The position numbers and the translations under genes were made by a program. Positions 63,929 through 64,000 of a stretch of 64,000 nucleotides of DNA are shown here, piece after piece. A model generated the notes under the pieces. That model did no database searches. It was not told the DNA's origin and saw nothing but the letters and a program-made list of their open reading frames with translations. Source of the DNA: Octopus vulgaris (Eukaryota). The stretch is from NCBI GenBank assembly GCA_951406725.2, contig OX597816.1:175026001-175090000 (forward strand), written 5' to 3'. Each line of letters starts with the position of its first letter. The stretch's first letter is position 1.

Positions 63929-64000
63929 ATATATATATATATATATATATATCATCATCATTTAGCATCTGCTTTCCATGCTAGCATGGGTTGGTTGGTT

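Overview
Eukaryotic, AT-rich, transposon-dense DNA. The SINE families (tRNA-Arg-headed OR1/OR2-like, OK-like) and the abundant RTE LINEs point to an octopus or related cephalopod; this is my recognition, not a database result. One host gene is present on the + strand: the last four coding exons (29780-29945, 34815-35059, 45747-45872, 50609-50699) of an SDR16C-type short-chain dehydrogenase (epidermal retinol dehydrogenase 2/RDH10-like). They splice in frame at GT-AG sites and keep NNAG, the catalytic Ser and YxxxK. I did not find the N-terminal exons, which probably lie upstream of the window. Almost everything else is layered mobile DNA: a PHD-finger RTE family with an expandable array of hairpin modules in its 3' UTR, a 5'-inverted RTE with target-site duplication (TSD), R4/Dong and CRE restriction-like-endonuclease retroelements, Penelope-like remnants with hammerhead-like motifs, CR1s, a nested Ty3/Gypsy provirus just after the gene's stop codon, solo LTRs, Helitrons, MITEs and SINEs. 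No prokaryotic system or true CRISPR array is present.
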